The notes: generated by a model not told the origin, from the letters alone. A stretch of DNA of 64,000 nucleotides from Gemmatimonadota bacterium (GCA_003221005.1 QHTZ01000078.1:9466-73465), one strand, 5' to 3'. Shown: positions 40,312 through 50,398, counted from the first letter of the stretch. Program-made: numbers and translations.

Positions 40312-41613
40312 CTAGGTTCCTTCCGACGCGCGCACCAGCATCTCCCGCGTGATCTCCCGCGGCGTCCGGCACCCGGCGAGCCCGACGGTGAGGTCGAAAT
40401 CCGCGATCAGGTTCTCCAGCACCTCCCGCACGCCCGCCTCTCCGGCGAGCGCGAGCCCATAGACGTACGGGCGCCCGATCAGTACAGCCCGCGCGCCCAG
40501 GGCCAGTGCCTTGAAGACATCGGCCCCGGTTCGGACACCCGAGTCGAACAGCACCGGGTCCCGGTCGCCGACCGCGGCAACGACGTGCGGAAGCGCGTCG
40601 AGTGCGGCGATGGCGCCGTCCACCTGCCGCCCGCCGTGGTTCGACACGATCACGCCGTTCACCCCGTGATCCACCGCCCGGCGCGCGTCGTCCGGGTGCA
40701 GGATGCCCTTCAGGAGCACGGGCAACTTCGTCATCCGGCGCAGCGTGGCCACGTTGTCCCACGTGAGCGACGGGCGGGCGAACGTGGCGAGAAAGCGCCG
40801 CACGGCCGCGCGCGGGGCCCCCGAACGCAGCTTCTCGACGAGCCCACCGGGATAGCGCCGCACCATTTCGGCGAATGCTGTGATAGTCGAAAGCGTGAGG
40901 GGCGGCTTCAGCTCTAGTCCCTCCGTCGCTGCGGGAGCCGCAAGGCTCGCGCGAAACGTGGGATCGCTCGTGAACTGCGCGATCCCGCGGGCCCGGATGA
41001 ACGGCACGTAGCCAAGCTCGAGGTCGCGCGGACGCCAGGCGAGCATCGTCGTGTCGAGCGTGAGCACGATCGCGCCACAGCCGCACGCCTCGGCGCGCCG
41101 CACGAAGCTCGCCGCGAGCTCGTCTGACTTGGTCCAGTACAGCTGGAACCAGCGCGGGCTGCCGCCCATCGCCTGCGCACACGTCTCCATGGGGACCGAT
41201 CCTGCACTCGAGAACACCATCGGAATACCAAGTCGCGCCGCGGCGCGCGCGACGGCGAGGTCCGCTTCCCGGTGCGCCATCTCGAGCACGCCGATCGGCG
41301 CGAGGAGGAGCGGCGCCGGGAGACGGGTGCCGAACAGCTCGACCGAGAGGTCCCGTTGCGAGACGTCGCGCAGCATGGGCGGCACGATGCGCCACTGGTC
41401 GAACGCCGCGCGGTTCGCGGCCACGGTGCGCTCGAGCCCCGCGCCCCCCGCAATGTAGGCAAACGCCTCTGGCGACAACGCTCGTTGCGCCGATGTCTCG
41501 AGCCGTGCGGCGTCTACGGGGACCCGCGGCTTCCTGCCTCCGAGCCCAGCGACGAAGATCGTCGCCTGGCGGCGCGGACCGGCGTCGGGAAACGGTGCGC
41601 TGAGATCGGTCAC
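40312..41613 (-). CDS. FMN-dependent alpha-hydroxy acid oxidase (lactate 2-monooxygenase-like)
   Basis: [40 protein letters not shown]. Confidence 0.92.
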   Translation of the reverse strand: MTDLSAPFPDAGPRRQATIFVAGLGGRKPRVPVDAARLETSAQRALSPEAFAYIAGGAGLERTVAANRAAFDQWRIVPPMLRDVSQRDLSVELFGTRLPAPLLLAPIGVLEMAHREADLAVARAAARLGIPMVFSSAGSVPMETCAQAMGGSPRWFQLYWTKSDELAASFVRRAEACGCGAIVLTLDTTMLAWRPRDLELGYVPFIRARGIAQFTSDPTFRASLAAPAATEGLELKPPLTLSTITAFAEMVRRYPGGLVEKLRSGAPRAAVRRFLATFARPSLTWDNVATLRRMTKLPVLLKGILHPDDARRAVDHGVNGVIVSNHGGRQVDGAIAALDALPHVVAAVGDRDPVLFDSGVRTGADVFKALALGARAVLIGRPYVYGLALAGEAGVREVLENLIADFDLTVGLAGCRTPREITREMLVRASEGT

Positions 41614-41659
41614 TGCGGAGCTCCGTCAGGCGATTGGAGAAGGCCCCGCAATGTAGTGG

Positions 41660-41905
41660 CTACTGCTTGAAGCCGCCGGAGGGTGTGGGGATCCGAACCT
41701 TCGCCATCACGCGCTCGACAAATCCGAACTCGGGGCTGAAGCGCTGGAGCTGCGCGAGCTCGACGAACAGCTTGCGCTCCCGCTCCGCCGTCGCGAGGCA
41801 CGCAGGACACTGCGACAGATGCAGCGCGCGGGCCGCGGGAAGCAGGCCCTGGGCCCACAGCTCGACTTCGTCGGGGGTGAGGTGCTGAAGATCGGTGTCG
41901 CTCAT
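41660..41905 (-). CDS. Small zinc-binding anti-sigma factor (ZAS)
   Basis: HLSQCPAC (HxxxCxxC) directly downstream of an ECF sigma factor. Confidence 0.75.
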   Translation of the reverse strand: MSDTDLQHLTPDEVELWAQGLLPAARALHLSQCPACLATAERERKLFVELAQLQRFSPEFGFVERVMAKVRIPTPSGGFKQ

Positions 41906-41939
41906 TTTCCTCTCCTACGGCACGCGGGAAAACCGGGTT

Positions 41940-42551
41940 TCAGACCCGCCGGTCCTCGAGGTAGCCCCGCAATTCGTTGCGCGCCCGATGGATATACGTC
42001 TTCACCGTGCCCAGCGGCAAGTCCAGCATCTGGGCGATCTCCTCGTACGCGTACCCCTCGACGTGGCGCAACAGGATGCACGCGCGGTACTCGGGCCGGA
42101 GGCGGCCGATGGCGCGGTCGATGGCGCCACCGAGCTCTCGCGCTTCCACTTCCTGCAGCGGCGTCTCGCCGTGGTCGCTGAGCTGCAGAGCGCTCGCGGC
42201 GCGCGCATTGGGGGTCATGGCGTCGGGGGCGCCGTCCAGGGACATCGTATCGATGCTGCGCCTGCGGAGGTGATCGATCGCCGCGTTGTTCGCCACCTTG
42301 AAGATCCAGGACGAAAACTTGAACTCGGGACGATACGACTTGATGCCGTTCAGGACCTTGATGAAAGTCTCCTGGGCCAGGTCTTCCGCGAGGGCGCGGT
42401 CGCGCACCATGCGGTAGAGCAGCGAAAACACGGGCCGTTCATAGCGGCGCACCAGCTCGCGGAAGGCCGCCTCGTGGCCCTGCTTCGCGCGCGCGGCGAG
42501 CTCCTGGTCGCTGGCGCCGGTCGCGTTGAACGGCCTATCTTTCGCGCCTAT
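41940..42551 (-). CDS. ECF RNA polymerase sigma factor (SigW/RpoE-like); start uncertain
   Basis: AEDLAQETFIK, FSSWIFKVANN, YEEIA..LDLPLGTVKTYIHRAR. The conserved SDQELAARAKQGHEAAFREL lies upstream of the first canonical start (GTG 42452). Confidence 0.88.
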   Translation of the reverse strand: MGAKDRPFNATGASDQELAARAKQGHEAAFRELVRRYERPVFSLLYRMVRDRALAEDLAQETFIKVLNGIKSYRPEFKFSSWIFKVANNAAIDHLRRRSIDTMSLDGAPDAMTPNARAASALQLSDHGETPLQEVEARELGGAIDRAIGRLRPEYRACILLRHVEGYAYEEIAQMLDLPLGTVKTYIHRARNELRGYLEDRRV

Positions 42552-43305
42552 GACGCCGTCTCCTGCGCTGGACGTGGCCGTGGCGGGCGGACAAGAACGA
42601 CAAGGCGGGAGGAGGGGCGAGTCGAAGCGCTCCTATGTGCGGAGCATGTTCACCGCCATCGCGCCGCGCTACGACTTTCTCAATCATCTCCTGAGCCTCA
42701 ACGTGGATCGCCGCTGGCGCCGCACAGCGGTGGCGCGGCTCGGCTGGGAGGCGAGACCGGGCGGCGTGTACCTCGACCTGTGCGCCGGCACGCTGGACCT
42801 CGCGGCTACGCTGGCCCGCGCGCCCGGCTTCACGGGGACGGTGATCGGCGCGGACTTCGTGCTGCCGATGCTCCTGCGCGGCCGGGGCAAGGCGGTACGC
42901 GCCCGGCCGGTCGGGGCCGATGCGCTCACGCTGCCGTTCGCGGATGCGCGATTTGACGGCGCCATGTGCGCGTTCGGTGTGCGCAACCTCGCCGACCTGG
43001 ACGCAGGTCTCGGGGAAGCGGCGCGGGTGCTCAAGCCGGGGGCACGCTTCGTGGTGCTCGAGTTCGCCACCCCGCGCCGCGCGCCGCTGCGCGCCCTCTA
43101 CCTCTTCTATTTCCGGCGCCTGCTCCCCGCCATCGGCCGCGCGGTGTCGAAACATAGGGACGCCTATACCTACCTGCCAGAGTCGGTACTCGAGTTCCCC
43201 GAGCCGGCCGCGCTCGCGCGCCGGATCGAGGCGGCGGGCTTCAGCGACGTGCGCTTCGAGCTGCTTTCCGGCGGGATCTGCGCCGTCCATCATGGCGCTC
43301 GATAA
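42550..43305 (+). CDS. menG: Demethylmenaquinone methyltransferase
   Basis: MFTAIAPRYDFLNHLLS, DLCAGT, FGVRN, RVLKPG, AYTYLPESV. Confidence 0.93.
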   Translation: MTPSPALDVAVAGGQERQGGRRGESKRSYVRSMFTAIAPRYDFLNHLLSLNVDRRWRRTAVARLGWEARPGGVYLDLCAGTLDLAATLARAPGFTGTVIGADFVLPMLLRGRGKAVRARPVGADALTLPFADARFDGAMCAFGVRNLADLDAGLGEAARVLKPGARFVVLEFATPRRAPLRALYLFYFRRLLPAIGRAVSKHRDAYTYLPESVLEFPEPAALARRIEAAGFSDVRFELLSGGICAVHHGAR

Positions 43306-44770
43306 CCTGCGCGCCTTTCTCGGCGCGATCGACACGGCCGGCGCCCTCGTCCGCGTGGACCATCCGGTGTCGGTGAATCGCGAGATGACGGAAATCGCGG
43401 ACCGCTGCATGAAATCGCCGGGCGGCGGCCCGGCGCTCCTGTTCGAGCACCCGACGCTCGTCGGCGGCGGCCGCTCGCGCCAACCGGTGGCGGTCAACCT
43501 GTTTGGCTCCGAGCGCCGCATGGCGCTGGCGCTGGGCGTCGACTGCCTGGACGAGATCGGCGAACGGATCGCGGCGCTCCTGAACCTCAAGGTGCCGGAT
43601 ACGCTGCTCGGCAAGCTCGCCATGCTGCCGCAGCTCGCGGAGGTCGCCAAGTTCCCGCCCAAGGCCATCGGGGGGCGCGCTCCCTCTCAGAAGACGGTGC
43701 TCCAGGGGGCGGAGGTGAACCTCGCGGAGCTCCCGATTCCTATCTGCTGGCCCGAAGACGGCGGGCCGTACATCACGCTGGCGGGCGTGATCACACGCGA
43801 CCCCAAGAGCGGCGTCAGGAACGTGGGCATGTACCGCGTGCAGGTGATCGGCAAGAACGAAGTCGCGATGCACTGGCAGCGGCACAAGGTGGGCGCGGCG
43901 CACTGGCGCGAGCTCGCGGCACGGGGGGAGACGATGCCGGTGGCGATCGCCCTGGGCGGTGATCCCGCGAGCATCTACGCCGCGTCGGCGCCGCTGCCGC
44001 CCTCGATCGACGAGTTCCTGTTCGCCGGCTTCCTGCGCCGCGAGCCGGTGCGCCTGGCGAAGGCCGTCACCTGCGATCTCGAGGTCCCGGCGGAGGCGGA
44101 GCTCGTGCTCGAAGGCTACATCGACCCGCGCGAGCCGCTCGTGCTCGAAGGCCCGTTCGGCGACCACACCGGGTTCTATTCGCTCGCGGACCATTACCCA
44201 AAGGTTCACATCACGGCGGTGACGCTGCGCGACGATCCCATCTATCCGCACACCATCGTGGGGCGCCCGCCGATGGAGGATTATTACCTGGGACATGCTA
44301 CGGAGCGCATCTTCCTGCCGCTCCTCAAGCTCACGCTTCCCGAGATCGTCGACATCCACATGCCGGCCGAGGGGATCTTCCACAACCTGGTATTCGTGAG
44401 CATCGACAAGCAGTACCCGGGGCAGGCGTACAAGGTGATGAACGGGTTGTGGGGGCAGGGACTGATGTCGCTCGCGAAAGTGATCATCGTAGTGGACAAG
44501 GATGTGAACGTGCGCGACCCGAAGGAGGCGTGGTGGGTGGCGCTCAACCACATCGACCCGGAGCGCGACGTGCGGTTCACGATGGGCCCGATCGACGTGC
44601 TCGATCACTCGAGCCGCGGCTTCACGTTCGGGTCGAAGATGGGGATCGACGCGACGCGCAAGTGGAAGGAAGAGGGATTCGCGCGCGAATGGCCGAACAA
44701 GATCGTGATGGACGAGGCAACGAAGCGGCGGGTGGACGAGATGTGGAAGGAGCTGGGGATTGAGCTCTAA
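43292..44770 (+). CDS. ubiD: UbiD-family menaquinone biosynthesis decarboxylase (MqnL-like)
   Basis: WPEDGG, RNVGMYR, EGPFGDHTGFY, GSKMGIDAT. Confidence 0.93.
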   Translation: MALDNLRAFLGAIDTAGALVRVDHPVSVNREMTEIADRCMKSPGGGPALLFEHPTLVGGGRSRQPVAVNLFGSERRMALALGVDCLDEIGERIAALLNLKVPDTLLGKLAMLPQLAEVAKFPPKAIGGRAPSQKTVLQGAEVNLAELPIPICWPEDGGPYITLAGVITRDPKSGVRNVGMYRVQVIGKNEVAMHWQRHKVGAAHWRELAARGETMPVAIALGGDPASIYAASAPLPPSIDEFLFAGFLRREPVRLAKAVTCDLEVPAEAELVLEGYIDPREPLVLEGPFGDHTGFYSLADHYPKVHITAVTLRDDPIYPHTIVGRPPMEDYYLGHATERIFLPLLKLTLPEIVDIHMPAEGIFHNLVFVSIDKQYPGQAYKVMNGLWGQGLMSLAKVIIVVDKDVNVRDPKEAWWVALNHIDPERDVRFTMGPIDVLDHSSRGFTFGSKMGIDATRKWKEEGFAREWPNKIVMDEATKRRVDEMWKELGIEL

Positions 44771-45656
44771 CCGCGAGCTCCAGACGTTCGCAGGCGACAG
44801 CCTGCTGGTGCGGTACGCGAACTTCGTCAGGCTCCCGCATACAGTCTTCGCGCTCCCGTTCGCCCTGCTGGGTGTGATCGTGGCGTCGCGTGAGCAGGCG
44901 GTGACGCCACGGGTGCTGGGCTTGGCGGTGCTCGCGTTCACGTGCGCGCGCTTCGTGGCGCTCGGCTTCAACCGCATCGCCGACCGCGAGCTCGACGCCC
45001 GCAATCCGCGCACCCGTAATCGCGAGCTGCCGAGCGGCCGGCTGACGCTCGCGCAGGCGTGGGTCGCCGTGGCGGTCGCCGCCGCTCTGTTCCTGTGGGC
45101 GTCCTCGGCGCTCAACCCGCTGTGCTTTGCGCTCGCGCCCGTGGCCCTCGTCTTCATTTCGGCATACAGCTACTCCAAGCGCTTCACCCACTGGTCGCAC
45201 CTGTGGCTCGGCCTCGCCGACGGGATCGCGACGCCGGCGGGTTACCTCGCGGTAACGGGGCGGTGGAGCGACCCGTGGTGGCTGCTGCCGGCGGGGGCGC
45301 TGGCGGTGACGTTCTGGGTTGGAGGTTTCGACGTGTTCTACGCTCTCCAGGACGAGGACTTCGATCGCGCGGAGCGCCTCAAGTCGCTCGTCGTGCGCGT
45401 GGGACCGGCGCGCGGCATCGTCGCCGCCAAGCTGCTGCACGGTCTCACGCTCCTCGCCCTTGTGGCGTTCGGCGCGGGGGCGGGCCTCGGCGCCGCCTAC
45501 TATGCCGGGGTGGTGATCGGTGCGGCCGTCATCGCGTACGAGCACCGCCTCGTGAAGCCGGGAGACCTGTCGCGCCTAGATGCCGCCTTCTTCGGCGCGA
45601 ACGGACTGGTGAGCATCGTCGTGTTTCTGGGCGCGCTGGTTGATCGGATCGTATGA
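44760..45656 (+). CDS. ubiA: UbiA-family polyprenyltransferase (MqnP-like)
   Basis: HTVFALPF, NRIADRELDARNPRT..RELP, YSYSKRFT, FDVFYALQD. Confidence 0.92.
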   Translation: MSSNRELQTFAGDSLLVRYANFVRLPHTVFALPFALLGVIVASREQAVTPRVLGLAVLAFTCARFVALGFNRIADRELDARNPRTRNRELPSGRLTLAQAWVAVAVAAALFLWASSALNPLCFALAPVALVFISAYSYSKRFTHWSHLWLGLADGIATPAGYLAVTGRWSDPWWLLPAGALAVTFWVGGFDVFYALQDEDFDRAERLKSLVVRVGPARGIVAAKLLHGLTLLALVAFGAGAGLGAAYYAGVVIGAAVIAYEHRLVKPGDLSRLDAAFFGANGLVSIVVFLGALVDRIV

Positions 45657-45659
45657 AGC

Positions 45660-45746
45660 GCGGGATGCGAGATGCGGGAGGCGAGATGCGTAAGCCGCGC
45701 GGCCCCCGGAACAAGCGCATCTCGCATCCCCCATCTCGCATCCCGC
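45660..45746. repeat. Inverted pair of heptamer arrays (CGRGATG / CATCYCG)
   Basis: Left 45660-45690, right 45716-45746. Confidence 0.88.
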
Positions 45747-45801
45747 CGCCCCATCCGCCGGCGCACCCGAAGCGCTCCCCCACACCGAATAGGAGAGGGC
45801 G

Positions 45802-46395
45802 CTGACGAAGCTTCCGGTCATTCTTGCCATCACCGGTGCCTCGGGAGCGATCTATGGTGTGCGGCTGCTCGAGGTGTTGGCGCGCGCTCAGGTGCCGACG
45901 TGGCTGCTCGTCTCGAGCCACGGCTGGCGGCTGCTCGCCGAGGAGTGCGGCATCGCGGACGACCGGGCGCTGCAGCGGGCTACCGGCGGGGAGTGGGCGA
46001 GCGTGCGCGTGTTCGACGACACCGATCGCGGCGGCGAGCCGGCTTCGGGCTCGGCGCGGAGCGCCGGGATGGTGATCTGCCCCTGCTCGATGGGGACGGT
46101 GGCGGCGATCGCGCATGGCACGAGCCGCAGCCTGATCGAGCGCGCGGCCGACGTCGTGTTGAAGGAGCGCCGCAAGCTGGTCCTCGTCCCGCGCGAGTCC
46201 CCGCTCTCGCTCGTGCACCTGCGCAACCTGACGCTCGCGACTGAGGCGGGCGCGGTGGTGCTGCCGGCGGCCCCTGGCTTCTATCACAAGCCCAAGGCGG
46301 TCTCCGACCTCGTCGATTTCGTGGTGCAGCGGGTGCTCGACCACCTGGGCGTCGAGTCCACACTGGTTCCGCGCTGGGGCGGCGAGAAAACGTGA
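45802..46395 (+). CDS. ubiX: UbiX-family flavin prenyltransferase; probable CTG start
   Basis: ITGASGAIYG, PASGS, PCSMGT, RAADVVLKERR, PRESP, PGFY; in-frame TAG at 45790. Confidence 0.92.
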   Translation: MTKLPVILAITGASGAIYGVRLLEVLARAQVPTWLLVSSHGWRLLAEECGIADDRALQRATGGEWASVRVFDDTDRGGEPASGSARSAGMVICPCSMGTVAAIAHGTSRSLIERAADVVLKERRKLVLVPRESPLSLVHLRNLTLATEAGAVVLPAAPGFYHKPKAVSDLVDFVVQRVLDHLGVESTLVPRWGGEKT

Positions 46396-48623
46396 AGCTC
46401 GACTTGAGGAATCCGCCGATGAGACTACCTGCGTTGGTATTCGCCGGCGCGCTTGCCGCCGCGATGGCGCTTGCTTCGGCGTGCTCTTCCAGCCGTAGCG
46501 CGGCCGCGCCCGCTGCTACTCCGGCTCCGGTCGCCGCCCCCGCTCCAGCCCCTGTCGCACCAGCGGCGCGTCCCACGCCCGCCCCCGCCCCCGCGGTCGA
46601 CACGACGGCGCAGCCAGGGCGCTTCGACACCGGAAAGATGTGGACGTTCGAGAACCCGCCGCTCGACTACTTCCGGCAGGAATACGGGTTCACGCCGTCT
46701 GCCGAGTGGCTGCAACGGTTGCGGCTCGCGGCGCTGCGGCTTCCCAATTGCTCGGCGTCGTTCGTGTCGGCGAGCGGCCTCGTAATGTCCAATCACCATT
46801 GTGCGCGCGAGTCGGCAACCGCGGTTTCGCGGGCCGGGGAAGACCTCCTCACCACTGGGTTCTACGCGCAGCGCGCGGAAGACGAGCGGCGGGTGCCCGA
46901 CCTGTATGTGGATGAGCTCGTCAGCCTGCGCGACGTAACGCAGGAGGTCACAGCCGCGACGGCCGGGCAGTCCGGGGTGGATTTGCTCGCCGCACGCGAC
47001 CGCAAGGTGCAGGAGATCGGAGAGCGCGAGAGTCGCGTCACGAACCTGCGCTGCGACGTCACCGCGCTGTACAAGGGGGGGCGCTACTCCCTGTACTGCT
47101 ACCGGCGCTACAGCGACGTCCGCCTGGTGTTCGTGCCCGAGAAAGCGATTGGATACTTCGGAGGCGATCCCGACAACTTCACGTATCCGCGCTATGACCT
47201 CGACGTCTCGTTCTTCCGTGTGTACGACGAGGCCGGCCGGCCGCTCCATCCCGATGCGTATCTCCCCTGGAGCGACGCGGGGGCCAGGGATGGCGATGCG
47301 GTCTTCGTGATCGGGAACCCGGGGTCCACGTCGCGGCTCGCCACGGTGGCGCAGCTCGAATACCGCCGCGACCTGCAGTATCCCAACCTGGTGCGACTGC
47401 TGGAGGGACGTGGCCGGATTCTCGCGGACTACATGCGCCAGCACCCCGAGACCCGCCCCCGTCTGGTCAACGACTACTTTGAGATTCAGAACGCGCTCAA
47501 GGCCTACGTTGGCGAGCTCAAGGGACTGCGGACGCCTGCGCTGATGGGCCGCAAGGTCGCGTTCGAGCGGAACTTCAGGAACGCCGTTTTGGCGAATCCG
47601 GCGCTCGCCAGCTTGTACGGCGGGTTGTGGGACCAAATCGCCGACCTGCGCCGCCAGATCGCTCAGATCGCGCCGACGCTGAATGCGTTGAACCAGGGAG
47701 GAATACTACGGTCGAAGACGCTCGGCACCGCCCTGGCCATCGTGCGCTACGGGGAAGCGGGGGCGGGGGCGGGGGCGGGGGCGTCCGACAGCGCACTCAA
47801 AGAGCGTCGAGCGGAGATCATGCGCGACGTGATCGATCCGGGGCTCGACGCGCCGGTCCTGGCGGCGCAACTCGAAGATGCGGCGCGGCTGCTGGGACCG
47901 AGCGACCCGTGGGTCGCCGAGGCGCTCGGCGGGCGCTCGCCGCGCGAGGCGGCCCAGGCGATCGTGAGCGGGTCCGCGATTCCCGACACCGTGCGGCGGG
48001 TGGCGTTGCTCGCGCGGCCGGGCGACCTCGCCACGGGTACCGATCCCGCGATACGGCTCATGCGCGACTTGTTACCGCGGCTGCGTCAGGTGGCGGGCAA
48101 GTCGCGCCAGCTCGCGCAGCAGGAAGAGGCGAGGGGGGCCGAGCTGGCGCGCGCATTCTTCGCCGTGTATGGGACCGCCATCGCGCCGGATGCGACCTTC
48201 ACGCTGCGCATCGCCGACGGAGTGGTGAAGGGCTACGACTACAACGGCACGCGCGCGCCCGTGTTCACGACGTTCTACGGCCTGTACGAGCGCCATTTTT
48301 CGAATCCCGGGGACGAGGCGTGGGAGCTGCCGCCGCGCTGGCAGACTCCGCCCGCCGGATTCGATCTGCGCACGCCGCTCGACATGGTGATGACGAACGA
48401 CATCATCGGGGGCAACTCGGGGAGCCCCGTGGTGGATAAGAGCGGCCGGCTCGTGGGGCTCATCTTCGACGGCAACATCGAGAGCCTGCCCGCCGATTTC
48501 ATCTATACCGCGGAGACGGCGCGCGCGGTGGCGGTGCATTCGGTGGGGATCCTCACGGCGCTGCGGGACGTGTACGGGGCGCGCCGCATCCTGGACGAGC
48601 TGCGTCCACCCGCCAAACGCTGA
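46392..48623 (+). CDS. S46 family dipeptidyl peptidase, lipoprotein
   Basis: GKMWT, SNHHCA, FGGDPDNFTYPR, PDATFTLR, DIIGGNSGSP, FDGN; ASAC lipobox and Pro/Ala linker. Start 46392 or 46419. Confidence 0.93.
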   Translation: MKLDLRNPPMRLPALVFAGALAAAMALASACSSSRSAAAPAATPAPVAAPAPAPVAPAARPTPAPAPAVDTTAQPGRFDTGKMWTFENPPLDYFRQEYGFTPSAEWLQRLRLAALRLPNCSASFVSASGLVMSNHHCARESATAVSRAGEDLLTTGFYAQRAEDERRVPDLYVDELVSLRDVTQEVTAATAGQSGVDLLAARDRKVQEIGERESRVTNLRCDVTALYKGGRYSLYCYRRYSDVRLVFVPEKAIGYFGGDPDNFTYPRYDLDVSFFRVYDEAGRPLHPDAYLPWSDAGARDGDAVFVIGNPGSTSRLATVAQLEYRRDLQYPNLVRLLEGRGRILADYMRQHPETRPRLVNDYFEIQNALKAYVGELKGLRTPALMGRKVAFERNFRNAVLANPALASLYGGLWDQIADLRRQIAQIAPTLNALNQGGILRSKTLGTALAIVRYGEAGAGAGAGASDSALKERRAEIMRDVIDPGLDAPVLAAQLEDAARLLGPSDPWVAEALGGRSPREAAQAIVSGSAIPDTVRRVALLARPGDLATGTDPAIRLMRDLLPRLRQVAGKSRQLAQQEEARGAELARAFFAVYGTAIAPDATFTLRIADGVVKGYDYNGTRAPVFTTFYGLYERHFSNPGDEAWELPPRWQTPPAGFDLRTPLDMVMTNDIIGGNSGSPVVDKSGRLVGLIFDGNIESLPADFIYTAETARAVAVHSVGILTALRDVYGARRILDELRPPAKR

Positions 48624-48629
48624 TTCTCG

Positions 48630-49121
48630 GTGCGGCTGGGCGTCATCGCGGACACGCACGGGTTACTGCGACCCGAGGTGTTGGAGGTATTCGCCCAGGT
48701 CGACCACATCCTGCACGGCGGGGACGTGGGGAAGTGGGACGTAGTGAGTGACCTCGAAGCCCTGGCACCGGTCACCGCGGTGTATGGCAACGTCGATGGC
48801 TTGGAGATCCGTACGCGGTTGCCACAGGTCGCGACGCTGCGGCTCGACGGGTTCGACATCGTGGTGACGCATGGAGACCAGTTCGGGAGTCCGACGCCGG
48901 CGAAGCTCGTGGCCGAGTTTCCGCGAGCGGAGATCATCGTGTTCGGGCACACGCACCGGCCGCTGCTTGAGCTGGTCGATCGGACGGTCACCGTGATGAA
49001 TCCTGGCGGGGCAGGGGCGCCGCGCTTCGGGCTGCAGCCGTCGGTGGGGATTATGGAACTCGAGCCGGGGATCCCGCCGCGGGCGCGGTTGGTGCCGCTG
49101 AGTAGGGCGGGCCGGGATTAG
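48630..49121 (+). CDS. YfcE-like metallophosphoesterase
   Basis: ADTHG, HGGD, GNVD, THG, GHTH, NPG. Confidence 0.92.
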   Translation: MRLGVIADTHGLLRPEVLEVFAQVDHILHGGDVGKWDVVSDLEALAPVTAVYGNVDGLEIRTRLPQVATLRLDGFDIVVTHGDQFGSPTPAKLVAEFPRAEIIVFGHTHRPLLELVDRTVTVMNPGGAGAPRFGLQPSVGIMELEPGIPPRARLVPLSRAGRD

Positions 49122-49160
49122 GCCGGCCCGTCTCATGTCAATGAAGCCTGAAGCATCTCT

Positions 49161-49207
49161 TGCGCCGGCGGGCGAGTCGCCCGCAGCTTACGCGCCATCC
49201 GCTAGAG
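49161..49207 (+). mobile_element. Putative degenerate 3' half of an integron attC site
   Basis: Hairpin GCGGGCG-AGT-CGCCCGC, then AGCTTACGCGCCATCC-GCTAGAG resembling L'/R' (GTTRRRY) boxes; pattern recognition only. Confidence 0.5.
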
Positions 49208-49255
49208 AACTGCAGTGTGCCCAGCCGTTGGCCGCACATGCACAGGAGGATCCAT

Positions 49256-49588
49256 ATGCGCTGCTGGCCCCTTGGCTTCCTCATCGTCCTCAGCTGCACG
49301 ACGACCACCCGCGTCGTCCGCCTCTCGCCCGCGAAGTACGAGCCGCGACCCACGGATAGCCCAGTTCAACTGTACAGCGCCAAGCTGCCCAATTGTCCCT
49401 TTGAAGAGATTGGGCTTGTCAATGCGCGGAAGGAGTACGGCGTCGTCTCGACGAATACGGTGGTGGACGCGCTTCGAAAGAAGGTGAGAGAGCTTGGCGG
49501 GGACGCCCTTGTTGGAGTCGGCTTCGTCCACGGTGGCGACCTCGCGGGCACCGTGATACGGTTCAAGCGCGACGACTGTACGCAATGA
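49256..49588 (+). CDS. Small hypothetical lipoprotein
   Basis: AGGAGG SD; MRCWPLGFLIVLSC; PFEEIGLV...RELGGDALV. Confidence 0.7.
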   Translation: MRCWPLGFLIVLSCTTTTRVVRLSPAKYEPRPTDSPVQLYSAKLPNCPFEEIGLVNARKEYGVVSTNTVVDALRKKVRELGGDALVGVGFVHGGDLAGTVIRFKRDDCTQ

Positions 49589-49648
49589 ACGGCGCCAACG
49601 AGGGTTCCACCATGTTCGAGTCCACACCGTCAGCCATGTATACCCAGC

Positions 49649-49891
49649 ATGGATGCGATCCTCAACCGGTGGTTCACAACGTACGAGGAAGCGCGAGCCT
49701 CGCTCGACGCGGAGGGTGGCTACTTGCTGCCGTACCGGAGGCAGTTCTTCGTGACCACGCGGGAGGGCATCCGAGAGCTCGGCCTGGATCCCGACGACCC
49801 GGACTGGGCGGGCATCGGATGGGATTGGGTGCGGCCGCTTGATGCGATGGCGTGGGAGCGACTGCGAGAGCGTCGAGCGATTGCGAGATGA
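49649..49891 (+). CDS. Small hypothetical protein
   Basis: LNRWFTTYEEA...YLLPYRRQFFV...LGLDPDDPDW..IGWDW; protein-like composition. Confidence 0.7.
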   Translation: MDAILNRWFTTYEEARASLDAEGGYLLPYRRQFFVTTREGIRELGLDPDDPDWAGIGWDWVRPLDAMAWERLRERRAIAR

Positions 49892-49918
49892 TCCGCTAGA
49901 CAGCGTCCGCCCGCACAC

Positions 49919-50398
49919 ATGGAACCGATTGACGCCCTGCGCACGCATCTGAAGCGGCTGCTGAGCTGGGGGGACGCTCACGCGGACCTCGATGCCGCCG
50001 TCGCCGATCTTCCCCCCAACGTCCGGGGCGTGACGCCGCCCGGCCTGCCGTACTCACCCTGGCAGCTGCTCGAGCACATCCGTCTCACCCAGGCAGACAT
50101 CCTGGCGTTCTGCGAGCGGCCCGACTACCACGAGCCGCATTGGCCGGATGAATACTGGCCTGGAGCCGCGGCTCCGCCCGACGCCAAGGCCTGGGACGCG
50201 AGCATCGCCGCGTTTCACCGCGATCGTGCGGCGCTGGAACGCATGATCGCCGACCCGGCGTGTGATCTGTTTGCCAAAGTGCCCGCCGGCACCGGGCAGA
50301 CGTTCCTGCGCGAATTCCTGCTCGTGGCGGACCACACCGCCTATCACGTGGGGCAGCTCGTAGCGGTGCGCCGCCTGCTGGGGCAGTGGGCCAAGTAG
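49919..50398 (+). CDS. DinB family protein
   Basis: AH, SPWQLLEHIR, DHTAYHVGQL. Confidence 0.88.
   Translation: MEPIDALRTHLKRLLSWGDAHADLDAAVADLPPNVRGVTPPGLPYSPWQLLEHIRLTQADILAFCERPDYHEPHWPDEYWPGAAAPPDAKAWDASIAAFHRDRAALERMIADPACDLFAKVPAGTGQTFLREFLLVADHTAYHVGQLVAVRRLLGQWAK

Noticed and set aside
47757-47783. (GCGGGG)x4 in the S46 peptidase
   Set aside because: In-frame Ala-Gly hexamer, explainable as simple slippage; not counted with the heptamer family.
49108-49130. Hairpin cgggccgg-N7-ccggcccg as an intrinsic terminator
   Set aside because: No U-tract follows; noted only as the left boundary of the cassette-like region.
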